Sequence record: MK599315.1 | Length of the DNA: 64,000 nucleotides | Reading direction: 5' to 3' (one strand) | In this document: piece after piece, positions 21,065 to 30,661 of the stretch | How positions within the stretch are numbered: position 1 is the first letter of the stretch | How the letters are laid out: the number at the start of each line of letters is the position of its first letter | Position numbers and translations under genes: made by a program | The notes under the pieces: generated by a model | The model's database searches: none | Seen by the model: the letters and a program-made list of their open reading frames with translations, nothing else | What the model was told of the DNA's origin: nothing

Positions 21065-21112
21065 CATAAAGCCCTCTCCTTCGGGAGAGGGTTATTCCAC
21101 TTTATTTTTTTC
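21065..21112 (+). terminator. Intrinsic terminator
   Basis: CATAAAGCCCTCTCC-TTCG-GGAGAGGGTTAT followed by a T-run. Confidence 0.9.
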
Positions 21113-21360
21113 GCGGGGCCGGCCGCGCATAAGTAACTTGTTGTTAAAGAATAGATATCTTTAATAAAGAGTATTTTCCTTATTAAATGCTTTTTCTTTA
21201 AAAGAAATTTTATATAAATAGTAATTATATGTGGGGGGGACCCTTTGGGGGGGTCCCATATATAATTTCCTTATTCTTTAGTACGGGGGTAGGGAAACAA
21301 AAACGACTATGTCGCAAAACTTGGAAGAGGGTGTCGTGGGGCTACAAAGCCCCATCCACC
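21112..21360. other. Non-coding AT-rich and palindromic region, candidate replication origin
   Basis: 84% AT over 21131-21230, GC-only palindromic element at 21112-21128, hairpin with two G7 runs, 10-bp direct repeat. Confidence 0.4.
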
Positions 21361-21365
21361 CAGTA

Positions 21366-21392
21366 GTAAAAATTATTTCAAATCTATATTAC
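21366..21392 (+). promoter_or_regulatory. Early promoter
   Basis: AAAAATTATTTCAAATC-TATATTAC (21385-21392). Confidence 0.85.
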
Positions 21393-21432
21393 CTAGTTGA
21401 ATATTAACTCGTAAAACTGGAAAAAACCGAAA

Positions 21433-21654
21433 ATGAAAACATTGATCCCTGATTCTTTGTTCTTGGTTAACAACGACGAAGATGTCCATGAGTTGATCAA
21501 ACAGATGTACATTAAGTTCAAAGTCGACATGGTCTCCCCTAAGACGATTCTCTGTTCTTATCCGTCAGTGATAATGGCAACGGTTAGTAAAGAGTATCAA
21601 TCTCCAACGACCCTGATTATTCGTGTGGTACCCATTTCTGAAATTCTAACCTGA
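21433..21654 (+). CDS. Hypothetical early protein
   Basis: First ORF after the promoter. Confidence 0.7.
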   Translation: MKTLIPDSLFLVNNDEDVHELIKQMYIKFKVDMVSPKTILCSYPSVIMATVSKEYQSPTTLIIRVVPISEILT

Positions 21655-21664
21655 GGAAGTACAA

Positions 21665-21793
21665 ATGAGCGCTATCAATTACAACCGCCTGATGCAACAT
21701 GCTATCGACAACGGTGGCAAATTGGAACTGGTTATCCATGCAAGTGGTAACGGGTTTACTTTCTTGGTCCTTCCTAAAGAGGAATCGAAATGA
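21665..21793 (+). CDS. Small hypothetical protein (42 aa, not in the ORF track)
   Basis: GAGGA RBS; MSAINYNRLMQHAIDNGGKLELVIHASGNGFTFLVLPKEESK; ATGA overlap with the next gene. Confidence 0.65.
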   Translation: MSAINYNRLMQHAIDNGGKLELVIHASGNGFTFLVLPKEESK

Positions 21794-22554
21794 AATCTAT
21801 TGGCGAAGCACTTCCAGCCATCAAAGATATCTTCAAGAACTTCCTGGTTATTGAAAACGTAGATGAAATCACCTTTGGTGCAGTTCATCCAGTTACCAAC
21901 GATATCTTTCTGAAAGTATCGGAATGGAACGTAACACAGGAAGACTTCGAACTGACCTACAAACCTAGTGAGACAAATATTGAAATCACCAAACAGAACC
22001 TAGGTTCGTTCTTCAGTGCAATTGGTCAACGTAATACAGTTCATCGATTGGGAGAACATTATCAGAAGCTTATTGAACTGATGATTGCCGAAGGATATAA
22101 ATTCTTTGACGTCCAAAGTTCTTGGAGCTTCGATACCGCCGTTCATTCGGTTAGTTATTATAAACCCAGTGAGTGGATCAAACAGGAAATCGGTCGTATT
22201 ACTTTCTACAGTAATGATCGAGTATATCAGCCTCTAGTTCCTGAGAATACGTCATCTGCGATTAAACATGTCGAAGTTGATGAATACTGTCGTCCAAAGA
22301 CAATCACGTTCTTGGATCTGAATACACTGAAGGTTAGTGAAAGACACGAGTTTGACTTCGAGTCAATTCCGAAGATTTATCGGATAACGCCGACAATCAG
22401 GAATTTTGCTAATCTGGACAATGTATCCATTGTTAACACCATGGTTCACGATAACTGTACGGTAACCTTGATGGTAGGTTACTATCTTGGAGTCGATGTT
22501 CAGGTTAAAGTCTATCTCAATTCGTTCAAAGACCAAGAGCTAGTTCTTAGCTAA
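21790..22554 (+). CDS. Hypothetical early protein
   Basis: GAGG RBS; long ORF. Confidence 0.8.
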   Translation: MKSIGEALPAIKDIFKNFLVIENVDEITFGAVHPVTNDIFLKVSEWNVTQEDFELTYKPSETNIEITKQNLGSFFSAIGQRNTVHRLGEHYQKLIELMIAEGYKFFDVQSSWSFDTAVHSVSYYKPSEWIKQEIGRITFYSNDRVYQPLVPENTSSAIKHVEVDEYCRPKTITFLDLNTLKVSERHEFDFESIPKIYRITPTIRNFANLDNVSIVNTMVHDNCTVTLMVGYYLGVDVQVKVYLNSFKDQELVLS

Positions 22555-22577
22555 CAAATACCGGAGTTACGGTTAAT

Positions 22578-22682
22578 ATGTGTGACAATGGAGCGTTTGG
22601 TAGTATTCATTTTGGGATGAACAGCAAGACTGTGCTCAATGAACAAGAACGCGACACGCTAGTTACAATTCAAGAAGGTTAA
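22578..22682 (+). CDS. Small hypothetical protein (34 aa)
   Basis: GGAG upstream; fills the gap before phuZ. Confidence 0.4.
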   Translation: MCDNGAFGSIHFGMNSKTVLNEQERDTLVTIQEG

Positions 22683-22700
22683 TCAAGAGGAAACGTGGAA

Positions 22701-23648
22701 ATGACTAAAGTAAAAACTCGTGTATACTGCTGTGGTGGTGCTGGTCTGAATATTGGTGTAAACCTTCAATGGCATCCGGATCTGGTATACATTGACACCT
22801 GCGATAAGAACGTAAGTTCTAGTCATGATATCGATCGTGTCTTTTTGACCGAGGGTACTCGTGGGGCAGGTAAGAACCGTGCATTCATCATGCCTAAGGT
22901 TCGCCATCAGATTGCACCTTTCCTTGAACGATATCCAGCTGGCGATTTCAATATCGTCCTGTTTTCTATGGGCGGTGGGTCTGGTTCTGTTCTTGGTCCG
23001 CTGATTGTATCGGCTCTGGCTAAAGCTGGTGAAACTGTAATTCCAGTCGTTGTCAGTGGTATTGAATCCACTGAGGTTCTGCAAAACGATATCGATACCA
23101 TGAAGACTCTGGAAGGTATCGCTGCTGCAACCAACACCCCGATCAACATCTGTCCGATCGAAAACGTGAACGGCGTTCCGTATTCCGAAATCGACAAAGA
23201 TGCGGTATTTGCTGTCCATGCTCTGATTTACCTGTCTAATCAGAAACATGAACGTCTCGATGTACTGGATCTGGATCACTGGGCACGCTTCACTAGTAAG
23301 CATAGTTACATTCAACCGCAACTGTGTGAACTGCATATCCATACTTCTCGTCAAGAAGCAGCTTCTGTCCCTGAGATGATTTCTGTCGCATCCCTGTACA
23401 CAGATGCTTCCAAAGAAGTAGCTTATGGTAATCCGTTTGTTCGGACTGTAGGTATCGCATCCCCTGACGACGAAGACGCTCTGTCTGAGCAACTGCACTT
23501 CGTTATCAACTCGGTTGGTATCCAAGAGCGGATTAAGTCTCTCCTGGATCAAAAACAGGAACATCATCGTCAGCAAGTTCGTTACACCCAACGGGCTGCG
23601 ATCGTTGATATCGATGACAACCGTTCTGATGATGGTTTCGTCCTCTAA
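22701..23648 (+). CDS. phuZ: PhuZ phage tubulin
   Basis: CCGGAGLNIG, GTRGAGKNR, tubulin signature GGGSGS, acidic C-tail IVDIDD..SDDGFVL. Confidence 0.97.
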   Translation: MTKVKTRVYCCGGAGLNIGVNLQWHPDLVYIDTCDKNVSSSHDIDRVFLTEGTRGAGKNRAFIMPKVRHQIAPFLERYPAGDFNIVLFSMGGGSGSVLGPLIVSALAKAGETVIPVVVSGIESTEVLQNDIDTMKTLEGIAAATNTPINICPIENVNGVPYSEIDKDAVFAVHALIYLSNQKHERLDVLDLDHWARFTSKHSYIQPQLCELHIHTSRQEAASVPEMISVASLYTDASKEVAYGNPFVRTVGIASPDDEDALSEQLHFVINSVGIQERIKSLLDQKQEHHRQQVRYTQRAAIVDIDDNRSDDGFVL

Positions 23649-23654
23649 ATAACT

Positions 23655-23678
23655 GGGGAGCTTCGGCTCCCCTTTTAT
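23655..23678 (+). terminator. Intrinsic terminator
   Basis: GGGGAGC-TTCG-GCTCCCC-TTTTATT. Confidence 0.92.
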
Positions 23679-23694
23679 TCCGTCTGGAGGTTTC

Positions 23695-23937
23695 ATGAGT
23701 TGGATCTTAGCTACCATTGTCTCTACAGGAGCTATTGGCGAATTACCTGTAGTTAAAGAAGAAGAAGTTTCTGTGTCTTCCATTGAGGTGTGTAGAGCCA
23801 TCATCGACCAACACAGTTCTTTGTATACCCGGAATAATTGGAATATCAGTTACCACCGTGGCGATAACAGTGAACTCCATGTCATCAATACAAATCGAAC
23901 AACGAAGATTATCTTTGTTTGTAAGGAGAAGAAATGA
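23695..23937 (+). CDS. Hypothetical protein
   Basis: GGAGG RBS. Confidence 0.75.
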   Translation: MSWILATIVSTGAIGELPVVKEEEVSVSSIEVCRAIIDQHSSLYTRNNWNISYHRGDNSELHVINTNRTTKIIFVCKEKK

Positions 23938-24356
23938 TAAAGCTTACACCTGAACGTCTTATCAAACTGGCCGTTGATTGCACTGAAGTATTGATGCGAA
24001 CTGTGGCACAGAATGACCGTATTACCATTGGTGAACTCGCTATTAACTGCGACGTCTGTAATAACACAATGCGCAGTGCATTGAAAGCTTTGCTCTCTGA
24101 CTCCGAGACAAGGGCTGCACTCCAAGTACTGTTTTATTATATCCAAGCAGAGGATACTTTCTACAAACAGGAAGATCTACCGGACGATGAGTTTATTCAA
24201 GCTCTGAGTGGAACTGACCTTTATCAAAGGGATATAATGGACAGTGCCCGCATTTGGGCTACGTATGCCAGGCGCGATGCTGTTGAAATGCATGAACATC
24301 GTAAAGCCGTAGGTGAACGAGCTATAGAACGTTATCAAGGTTATATGAAGCCTTAA
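23934..24356 (+). CDS. Hypothetical protein
   Basis: AAGGAG RBS; ATGA coupling. Confidence 0.8.
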   Translation: MIKLTPERLIKLAVDCTEVLMRTVAQNDRITIGELAINCDVCNNTMRSALKALLSDSETRAALQVLFYYIQAEDTFYKQEDLPDDEFIQALSGTDLYQRDIMDSARIWATYARRDAVEMHEHRKAVGERAIERYQGYMKP

Positions 24357-24432
24357 TAACCGTCCAATCTTTTGTATCAATTAACAACAGTAAGGAATCA
24401 ATAATGAAACCTGATTAAACCTCTAAGGAGGA

Positions 24433-24930
24433 ATGATGGCTAAGACAGCAGCGAAAAAGCTCGATGAGCTAATGGCAGCTGAGCTTAACCTCGAACTCTC
24501 CAATTACACAGCGATGTTACACCATGCTGTCACCTTAGTCGGCGTTCTTGAAGGCTTTGTGTTTGTATATGACAAGAATGGAGTCACATGTTACGACAAA
24601 GTTGATGCGTGGTCTGAAGTCAATGGAATGCGTTTGAGGATAGCTCGGTTCCAGTCTAATCCAATGGTCGAGGATAGGCTTGCTAAAAGGATTTACAAAC
24701 GTTGGTATGTTCATGGGGGTGGAATGTTAATTCCATTGAACATTACTAAAGTAGATGACCTAAAAGAAAATTTCTATTTCAAGATTGATGACAACCCCGG
24801 TCATTGTACATTCACCGTTTTTACAGAGGATGCTCCGTTTATACGTAGTAAGCCATTGTTATTTAACAGAAAGAGTCATCCCGGATGGGGTGTAACATTA
24901 ACCGAAACATGTAAAGAAAAAGTGGCATAA
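24433..24930 (+). CDS. Hypothetical protein
   Basis: AAGGAGG RBS. Confidence 0.8.
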   Translation: MMAKTAAKKLDELMAAELNLELSNYTAMLHHAVTLVGVLEGFVFVYDKNGVTCYDKVDAWSEVNGMRLRIARFQSNPMVEDRLAKRIYKRWYVHGGGMLIPLNITKVDDLKENFYFKIDDNPGHCTFTVFTEDAPFIRSKPLLFNRKSHPGWGVTLTETCKEKVA

Positions 24931-24961
24931 ATGCTCTCCCTTAGATGGGAGAGCTTATGTC
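24925..24961 (+). terminator. Terminator-type cassette
   Basis: GGCATAA-ATGCTCTCCC-TTAGAT-GGGAGAGC-TTATGTC. Confidence 0.7.
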
Positions 24962-24975
24962 CATGGGAGATAGAA

Positions 24976-25542
24976 ATGTTTAACGATATAGCTACCCTGA
25001 TCCAGATCTGGAGACTTCTCGGCCGTCAGCGTTCTGCATGTATCGACCCTAATACCAAACGCCATGTTCAATTGTGGTATGCGCCAAATAAAAATTCTAT
25101 CCTGATGCAAGGGACGGATCCAAATAAGCGGTTGTGTCCCGATGCTGTATTTGAACTTGATCCTCTCTCGAAACGGCTTGATCGTATCAACTGTCTTTGG
25201 GCTGAAGATCAGGATAGTGCCCATGAGTTAATTTATAACACTCTCCAATTTATCGTTCATCGATCGTTTGAAAAGACAGTCGTAGATCGGGTGTCTAAAC
25301 TTCCACGTCAAGCGTGGAATGATAGCGTGCATAATAACCTAGAGTTCTACAGTTCTCCTATCGACAAAGATATACTGTGGATCCGTCACACTGCCGCCAG
25401 ATGGCGTCAATGGCCCGTAGAGGTCAATCTTTCAGAAAAGACCGTGACGTTTGATTACTCTACTGAAGAACCTATCCCTACCCGTGCTGGTATCATGCTA
25501 GCAATTGAAGCGATGGAGAAAGTTAATGCAAAGTCCAAATGA
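24976..25542 (+). CDS. Hypothetical protein
   Basis: Start moved past the hairpin to ATG 24976 (GGGAG RBS). Confidence 0.75.
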   Translation: MFNDIATLIQIWRLLGRQRSACIDPNTKRHVQLWYAPNKNSILMQGTDPNKRLCPDAVFELDPLSKRLDRINCLWAEDQDSAHELIYNTLQFIVHRSFEKTVVDRVSKLPRQAWNDSVHNNLEFYSSPIDKDILWIRHTAARWRQWPVEVNLSEKTVTFDYSTEEPIPTRAGIMLAIEAMEKVNAKSK

Positions 25543-25804
25543 GCAACTCAAAGAAATGATCCGAGAATGGATCGAACTTGAACTCGATGAAACCTGCGTA
25601 GCTGGTGATAGTTATACTCGTCTTGCTGTCAAAAAGAAGGGTAATGTAATTACCTTTTCTAGTCGTAGTCGCGGACATACAAAGGAATATCTCACTGCCA
25701 CTTTGACGGGTGATGAAATTGAACTCTCGTCCACGCAAGGTGAAGTCCGCCAGTGGATCAGTACGGCACAGTTTTGTATTGGAAAGACACTCCAAAACTA
25801 CTGA
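25526..25804 (+). CDS. Hypothetical protein
   Basis: GGAG RBS before ATG 25526. Confidence 0.7.
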   Translation: MQSPNEQLKEMIREWIELELDETCVAGDSYTRLAVKKKGNVITFSSRSRGHTKEYLTATLTGDEIELSSTQGEVRQWISTAQFCIGKTLQNY

Positions 25805-25830
25805 TATGTAATCACTATAGAGTACTTAGC

Positions 25831-26259
25831 ATGTCGCAACGTGAACACATCATCGAGATCATGAAAACTTGGGCTACTACCAATAAGTGCCCACCTGAAG
25901 AAATGGCCCTAGGTCATCTCAGTGCAATGGTTATTTACAATCTGCGTAAAGAAGTGAATACCATTGATATCTTTCTGACACCTGCTCAATACAATCGCTG
26001 GATTGAAGCTGGTAACGAAGAGACAGAAGACGATCAAGGTAAGTTCATTGTCTTCTATGATTTCACCCGTTTGCGCAAAATGACAAAGGAGCAACAAGGA
26101 CAACTTGTTAATAGTTACGAGGTCCAAGTTCTCCATCCCCTTCACCTGAAAGAAACGTTTGAAGCCCTTGAGAAGATAGAATCGAGAGACCCTAAAGTAC
26201 GGGCTAAGGATCATCGTGCTGTACAAGATCTCGATGTATTCCTTAGACGTTATTGGTGA
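25831..26259 (+). CDS. Hypothetical protein
   Basis: Start uncertain. Confidence 0.7.
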   Translation: MSQREHIIEIMKTWATTNKCPPEEMALGHLSAMVIYNLRKEVNTIDIFLTPAQYNRWIEAGNEETEDDQGKFIVFYDFTRLRKMTKEQQGQLVNSYEVQVLHPLHLKETFEALEKIESRDPKVRAKDHRAVQDLDVFLRRYW

Positions 26260-26265
26260 GATAAA

Positions 26266-26673
26266 ATGATAAGTCTGTTTGCGATATTTTTGTCTTTCTT
26301 CATCGGTCTTGGTATTTCCTTTACTATCATTGCGATAGATAAAAAGAAATATAGAGACGATAACAATAACCGTCATCCTGAACTGGAACTACGTGTTAAT
26401 CAGTTAGCTAATTGGTTGATAACCACGGTTGTTGTATTCATGGCAAGCGTGACGGTTGGCTTCCTTAATAAGAATGTTGATAGCATGTGGATTGGTGCGG
26501 GTATTGTTACGCTTGTAGCGATAATTGCTATTATAGGTAAACTATATTCGATACATGTATTCAACTTAATGGAAGATGTAAAACAGAAATATAAGCCTGC
26601 TGCTGTTGAAGCATACTTATTTTCTTTCTGGGTTATCTTGCTGTTGGATAAAGCTCTTTTAGTAAACATTTAG
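26266..26673 (+). CDS. Membrane protein (about 4 TM)
   Basis: Multiple hydrophobic segments. Confidence 0.75.
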   Translation: MISLFAIFLSFFIGLGISFTIIAIDKKKYRDDNNNRHPELELRVNQLANWLITTVVVFMASVTVGFLNKNVDSMWIGAGIVTLVAIIAIIGKLYSIHVFNLMEDVKQKYKPAAVEAYLFSFWVILLLDKALLVNI

Positions 26674-26679
26674 ATACAG

Positions 26680-26710
26680 GCCCACCCTTCGGGGTGGGTT
26701 TATTTTGTTT
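26680..26710 (+). terminator. Intrinsic terminator
   Basis: GCCCACCC-TTCG-GGGTGGGT-TTATTTT. Confidence 0.9.
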
Positions 26711-26724
26711 TTCTTTTTTACATT

Positions 26725-26749
26725 CAAACCAATTTAAAGGCTATATTAC
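26725..26749 (+). promoter_or_regulatory. Early promoter
   Basis: AATTTAAAGGC-TATATTAC (26742-26749). Confidence 0.8.
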
Positions 26750-26782
26750 AAACGTGATAATAAACCTTAGAGGTATCACGAC

Positions 26783-27007
26783 ATGAATAGCCATGCGTAC
26801 AAAACCGTAAAGGTTCTCGGTCGTGATTACCGAGTAACCAGCAATAGTAAATTTGTAACCATTCTTGATGCACGTGGTAACATGTGCTTTAACTTGAATG
26901 TAGTTGAACGTAAAGCTACACAGCCATGCGAATCTTTCCGTCGTTATTGTGCCGGTGTTGGCGTTACTCCGAAAGCAATGATCCTGTCTATTCTTAATAA
27001 CGTGTAA
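26783..27007 (+). CDS. Hypothetical early protein
   Basis: GAGG RBS after the promoter. Confidence 0.75.
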   Translation: MNSHAYKTVKVLGRDYRVTSNSKFVTILDARGNMCFNLNVVERKATQPCESFRRYCAGVGVTPKAMILSILNNV

Positions 27008-27018
27008 GGAGATTGATT

Positions 27019-27249
27019 ATGCAAGCTTTCTTTGATAAGATCCAAGCTGAAGCCAAACGTGTTGTCGAAACTAATCCTCAGGGCCGTTGGACTTATGGGG
27101 ATTGGGATGTCTTCGTTCAGGAAGATAAAGTCATCATTAATGATAGTAATCTAGAGCTTGTTGCTGAAGCATCGGCATCGAAACCTGATTTGGTTTGCAT
27201 GAAATGTGATCCTGATGACGTTCTGGAATGCTTGGAGCGTTTGTCATAA
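27019..27249 (+). CDS. Hypothetical early protein
   Basis: AAGGAG RBS before ATG 27019. Confidence 0.75.
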   Translation: MQAFFDKIQAEAKRVVETNPQGRWTYGDWDVFVQEDKVIINDSNLELVAEASASKPDLVCMKCDPDDVLECLERLS

Positions 27250-27252
27250 TGG

Positions 27253-27298
27253 CATAAAGCCCCTACCCGAAGGTAGGGGCTATGCTTATTTTTTTTTA
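27253..27298. terminator. Bidirectional terminator
   Basis: CATAAAGCCCCTACC-CGAA-GGTAGGGGCTATG followed by a T-run. Confidence 0.92.
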
Positions 27299-28213
27299 TT
27301 TTAGATAATACATGGCATTACTAGCAGCGTTGACTGAACTGTTACCAGAACCACCGAAACAATACAACCGTTTTCCATCGGATACAATACTCGAATTGAA
27401 TACGATATTAGCTATATTCTTGAACAATACCCATTTATTTTCATCGGGTAAATATTCGTAGATATTTTTATTCGCGTTGTTATTGATTAAGGGTGCACCA
27501 GGCATCAGGAATATCCGACCATCCATGGTGAAGCCACTACCAACCCAAGTAGTAATTGGGAAATTACTTAGCTGTATCCACGTATTTGTGGATAAAGTAT
27601 ATTCCCAGAAATCATTACGATTGCTAACGCCACCGATTAAATAGAATTTACCATTTAGATAAACACTAGCAGACGATGTTCTAGCTGGCGGGCGAAGTGT
27701 TGGTTGGGTTACAGTTTCCCAAGTGTCGGTAGCGATATTATATTTCATTAACACGTCGTTTGACGGCGTGCCACCGTAAGTATAAATAAAGCCCGACTCA
27801 TAGAACATGTGGAAATCGTAACGAGCCACAGGTGGGGATTTCAAAACCAGTTTTTCTTTTGTTAATGGATCAATCCTAACAAAAGTGCTATTAACAGCAT
27901 TACCTGGAAATGTAGCGCCGCCGAGGTGGTACAGATATGTTCCATCGTTAACGATACCAGAGAAATATACAGACGACGGAACAGTACTGAAGTTTTGATC
28001 ATACACACCAGTGGCAAGATCATACGTCATTAACGTCGAAGTGGATACACCATTTGTTCCACCTTGCGTGCCGCCACCAGCAATATATACTTTACCATTG
28101 AGTAGGGTTGCAGGTGCACCTACCCTAGTAACAGGCATGTTAGGACCCTGTACAGGGATTCCTTGCCATCCAAGATTAGTTCTGACTAATGTAGCGAGTA
28201 AAGACTCGAACAT
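27296..28213 (-). CDS. Kelch-repeat beta-propeller protein
   Basis: Six repeats of the type ..NGKVYIAGG....W; start at MFESLL (28213). Confidence 0.88.
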   Translation of the reverse strand: MFESLLATLVRTNLGWQGIPVQGPNMPVTRVGAPATLLNGKVYIAGGGTQGGTNGVSTSTLMTYDLATGVYDQNFSTVPSSVYFSGIVNDGTYLYHLGGATFPGNAVNSTFVRIDPLTKEKLVLKSPPVARYDFHMFYESGFIYTYGGTPSNDVLMKYNIATDTWETVTQPTLRPPARTSSASVYLNGKFYLIGGVSNRNDFWEYTLSTNTWIQLSNFPITTWVGSGFTMDGRIFLMPGAPLINNNANKNIYEYLPDENKWVLFKNIANIVFNSSIVSDGKRLYCFGGSGNSSVNAASNAMYYLK

Positions 28214-28229
28214 ATAAACACCTACGCCC

Positions 28230-29042
28230 TTACGGCGCCGCCATGATAGTACGGATATGGTGTCGGTTACCTTCAGGGTCATTGAAGTTCCGGGATACCT
28301 TCCGCCACTTCTTCAGTTGCTCATCATAGAGATCGTTCGCTTCAGACCATTCGTAAACTTTGTCACGGAATACACCAAGCTCTTGACCGCCAGATAACTG
28401 AGCTTCACCCATATTGATGTAAAGTTCATTATAGCAGTAGGCTTTAACAGCATATTCAACTAGTTTAGAGAATACAGGGATAGCCTGAGGACGAATATTA
28501 AGTAACTCGTCATCATTACCCAAGCGACACGATAAATACGCGGCATGTGAAGGCAAGTAAATAAATCTAACCATTACAGTGTTATGGTTAATCAAGTTAA
28601 TGTATGCAGTCTGTGCAACAGGTAGTCTTCGCGCAGAGTCTAATACTTTACGTGATTCAGCACCAATAGTCGATTCATTATAGTGCATTGCATATCCAGA
28701 GTTCTGATAACCTAGGATACCGAAGTGAATACTAAATACCTGGACGATGGGACGCTGTTGGGTGTATTCATCCGGGATATAGTAAATAACAGTGTACGGA
28801 TCGACATATTCAGACTTAACAGGAAAGTCCAGTGGAATATAAGTTTTAGTTCCACCGATCAAGTTCATGTCTGCAAAGACACGTGGTTCTAATACCGCCT
28901 CTCGAATTCTAGTTTCAAGAGAAATGACTTCACCGCAAATAGCTGCATTAGATGCAGCTTCTTGTCCAATGAAAACAGACTCTAGAATCTGACGGGGAAT
29001 TCGGAAAGGTAAATCTCGAAGTGCATATTGAATAGCATTCAT
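28230..29042 (-). CDS. Conserved Chimalliviridae protein (phiKZ gp42-like)
   Basis: 270 aa, MNAIQYAL...IPRQIL start; synteny. Confidence 0.7.
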   Translation of the reverse strand: MNAIQYALRDLPFRIPRQILESVFIGQEAASNAAICGEVISLETRIREAVLEPRVFADMNLIGGTKTYIPLDFPVKSEYVDPYTVIYYIPDEYTQQRPIVQVFSIHFGILGYQNSGYAMHYNESTIGAESRKVLDSARRLPVAQTAYINLINHNTVMVRFIYLPSHAAYLSCRLGNDDELLNIRPQAIPVFSKLVEYAVKAYCYNELYINMGEAQLSGGQELGVFRDKVYEWSEANDLYDEQLKKWRKVSRNFNDPEGNRHHIRTIMAAP

Positions 29043-29135
29043 GTTTAAACGCCCCTAGGAAGCTCGCCAGCGAACGAACACCCATGGAGATAATACCCAG
29101 GTGGGGTATCATATACAACGGGGGTTCTGTGACGA

Positions 29136-29162
29136 TTTTAAAAGATTTCAAATCTATATCAT
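29136..29162 (+). promoter_or_regulatory. Early-type promoter variant
   Basis: TTTTAAAAGATTTCAAATC-TATATCAT (29155-29162). Confidence 0.65.
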
Positions 29163-29191
29163 AGCTCTGAGTGATTTCCGGAATACTAACT

Positions 29192-29584
29192 ATGATTCCT
29201 CAAAGACAAGTTCAACTTCATGCCTTCGAGTTGGCTGGAGTCATAAAGGCCATTACTCAACCACCCTTCATGGCTTTAGTTAAATCTAAAGCAATTGAAT
29301 CGGTTGACATGGATACTACTGACTTCTCAGGACTCCTGGTAAAAGCTAAGGAACAGTTAATAGATGATTTCATCCAGAACGCAATAAATTCGTTTCAATG
29401 TTGTTTTGTAATGGGTTACGCACCATATCGTAACACGCAGGCCGAACTGGAATGGATGGCATTTCATAATGAGGCGCGTTCATTACTTTACGACACTCTC
29501 AATCTTCCAGTGGAAGCTTCCGGGATGCATGTTGGTTACAGACGTATTGGTTCTGTTATCTACTTAGCAATACCTATCAATTAA
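29192..29584 (+). CDS. Hypothetical protein
   Basis: First ORF after the promoter. Confidence 0.7.
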   Translation: MIPQRQVQLHAFELAGVIKAITQPPFMALVKSKAIESVDMDTTDFSGLLVKAKEQLIDDFIQNAINSFQCCFVMGYAPYRNTQAELEWMAFHNEARSLLYDTLNLPVEASGMHVGYRRIGSVIYLAIPIN

Positions 29585-29600
29585 TAAATGGAGCAATGCA

Positions 29601-30619
29601 ATGTCGTCCAAACGGTTTGTAGTGCTTGAGATTAACCCACAGGTAGATGTCCTGTATACATATCTCGAACACTTTACCAAAAGCAATCCGCATCTGGGTC
29701 TACCGCGCCCGACTCGTAACACCGCGATTCAACTGGTGTTCCTTACAGTCAAAGAAATCTTGACTAGTCGAAGTGCATTCGAAACAGAGATTGACTATGA
29801 GGTACATAAAGCAGGTGCCCTATTTAATTCTCCTCCAGGCACATTAGATGAAAAACAACTGGAGGTTTATAAGATCTTTGCTAGTGATGTTATCTGGGAA
29901 GGCGTTACGATTGAAATCGATAATCAATTGGAACACCACATTGATCGACGCACCTATACCGAATGGAAACCAGTCTGCATTGGTAACCTTATTGGGCTTG
30001 CTGAAGGTGAAGATCATAGAATCCAAGAATACTATCGCCTGACCGATCAGCATAATGATGACAGCCATGCCGAGATTGCATTGAACTGCACTTCTCTAGT
30101 GTCGTATCTACATGGTGAATTCATGCGTACATTTGGAGCCGTAATGCGAGATCCAAATACGTTGACCCGTGCAATTGCAATGATGGGTAAACATCGTACA
30201 CCTGAACGAGTTCAGAAAGTAATTGATTTCCTGAATAATCCCAACAGGGCCATGGCAGCAGTGTTCTTGGATACACTGACAACTATGTATCCAATGATAA
30301 CCCTTGATCCCATTTGTCCTCAAGTGAACGATGATTTGTTCGCACTTGTTGGTATTGCTAACATGGAGGAATTCAAACAAAATTACGTGCGTAAAGTTAT
30401 CACGCTTTCGGCCTGAGTTACTTCTCGTCGTATGTTAAACGGGATAAGAAATACACGCTTGAATACAGTTCTAGTCACATTCTCGCCATATACGAAATGA
30501 AAGGGATCAGTCGTACGGAGAAAGAAATGATGGAGCTTGTTGCATCGTTCCTTCGTAACGATTATCTTCCCCCAGAACAACGGGCTATTGCAGAACGTTG
30601 GTATTTGGAAAATAACTAA
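29601..30619 (+). CDS. Hypothetical protein, apparently broken by a 1-nt deletion near 30392-30416
   Basis: The ORF ends at 30416, but the -1 frame is open 30395-30619 with protein-like sequence and no ATG until 30497, ending just before a terminator. Confidence 0.6.
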
Positions 30620-30647
30620 CATAGGGCCTCCGAAAGGAGGCTTTATG
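30620..30647 (+). terminator. Intrinsic terminator
   Basis: CATAGGGCCTCC-GAAA-GGAGGCTTTATG. Confidence 0.85.
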
Positions 30648-30661
30648 CCGGAGAGATAAAT

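Noticed and set aside
22683-23804. 373-aa antisense ORF opposite phuZ (similarly 39201-40169, 52128-53144, 53749-55059, 55925-56911, 16866-17513)
   Set aside because: Each overlaps a well-supported gene on the other strand and lacks recognisable motifs or expression signals.
30383-30622. 79-aa minus-strand ORF
   Set aside because: Its ATG lies within the terminator cassette; the plus-strand -1 frame explains the region better.
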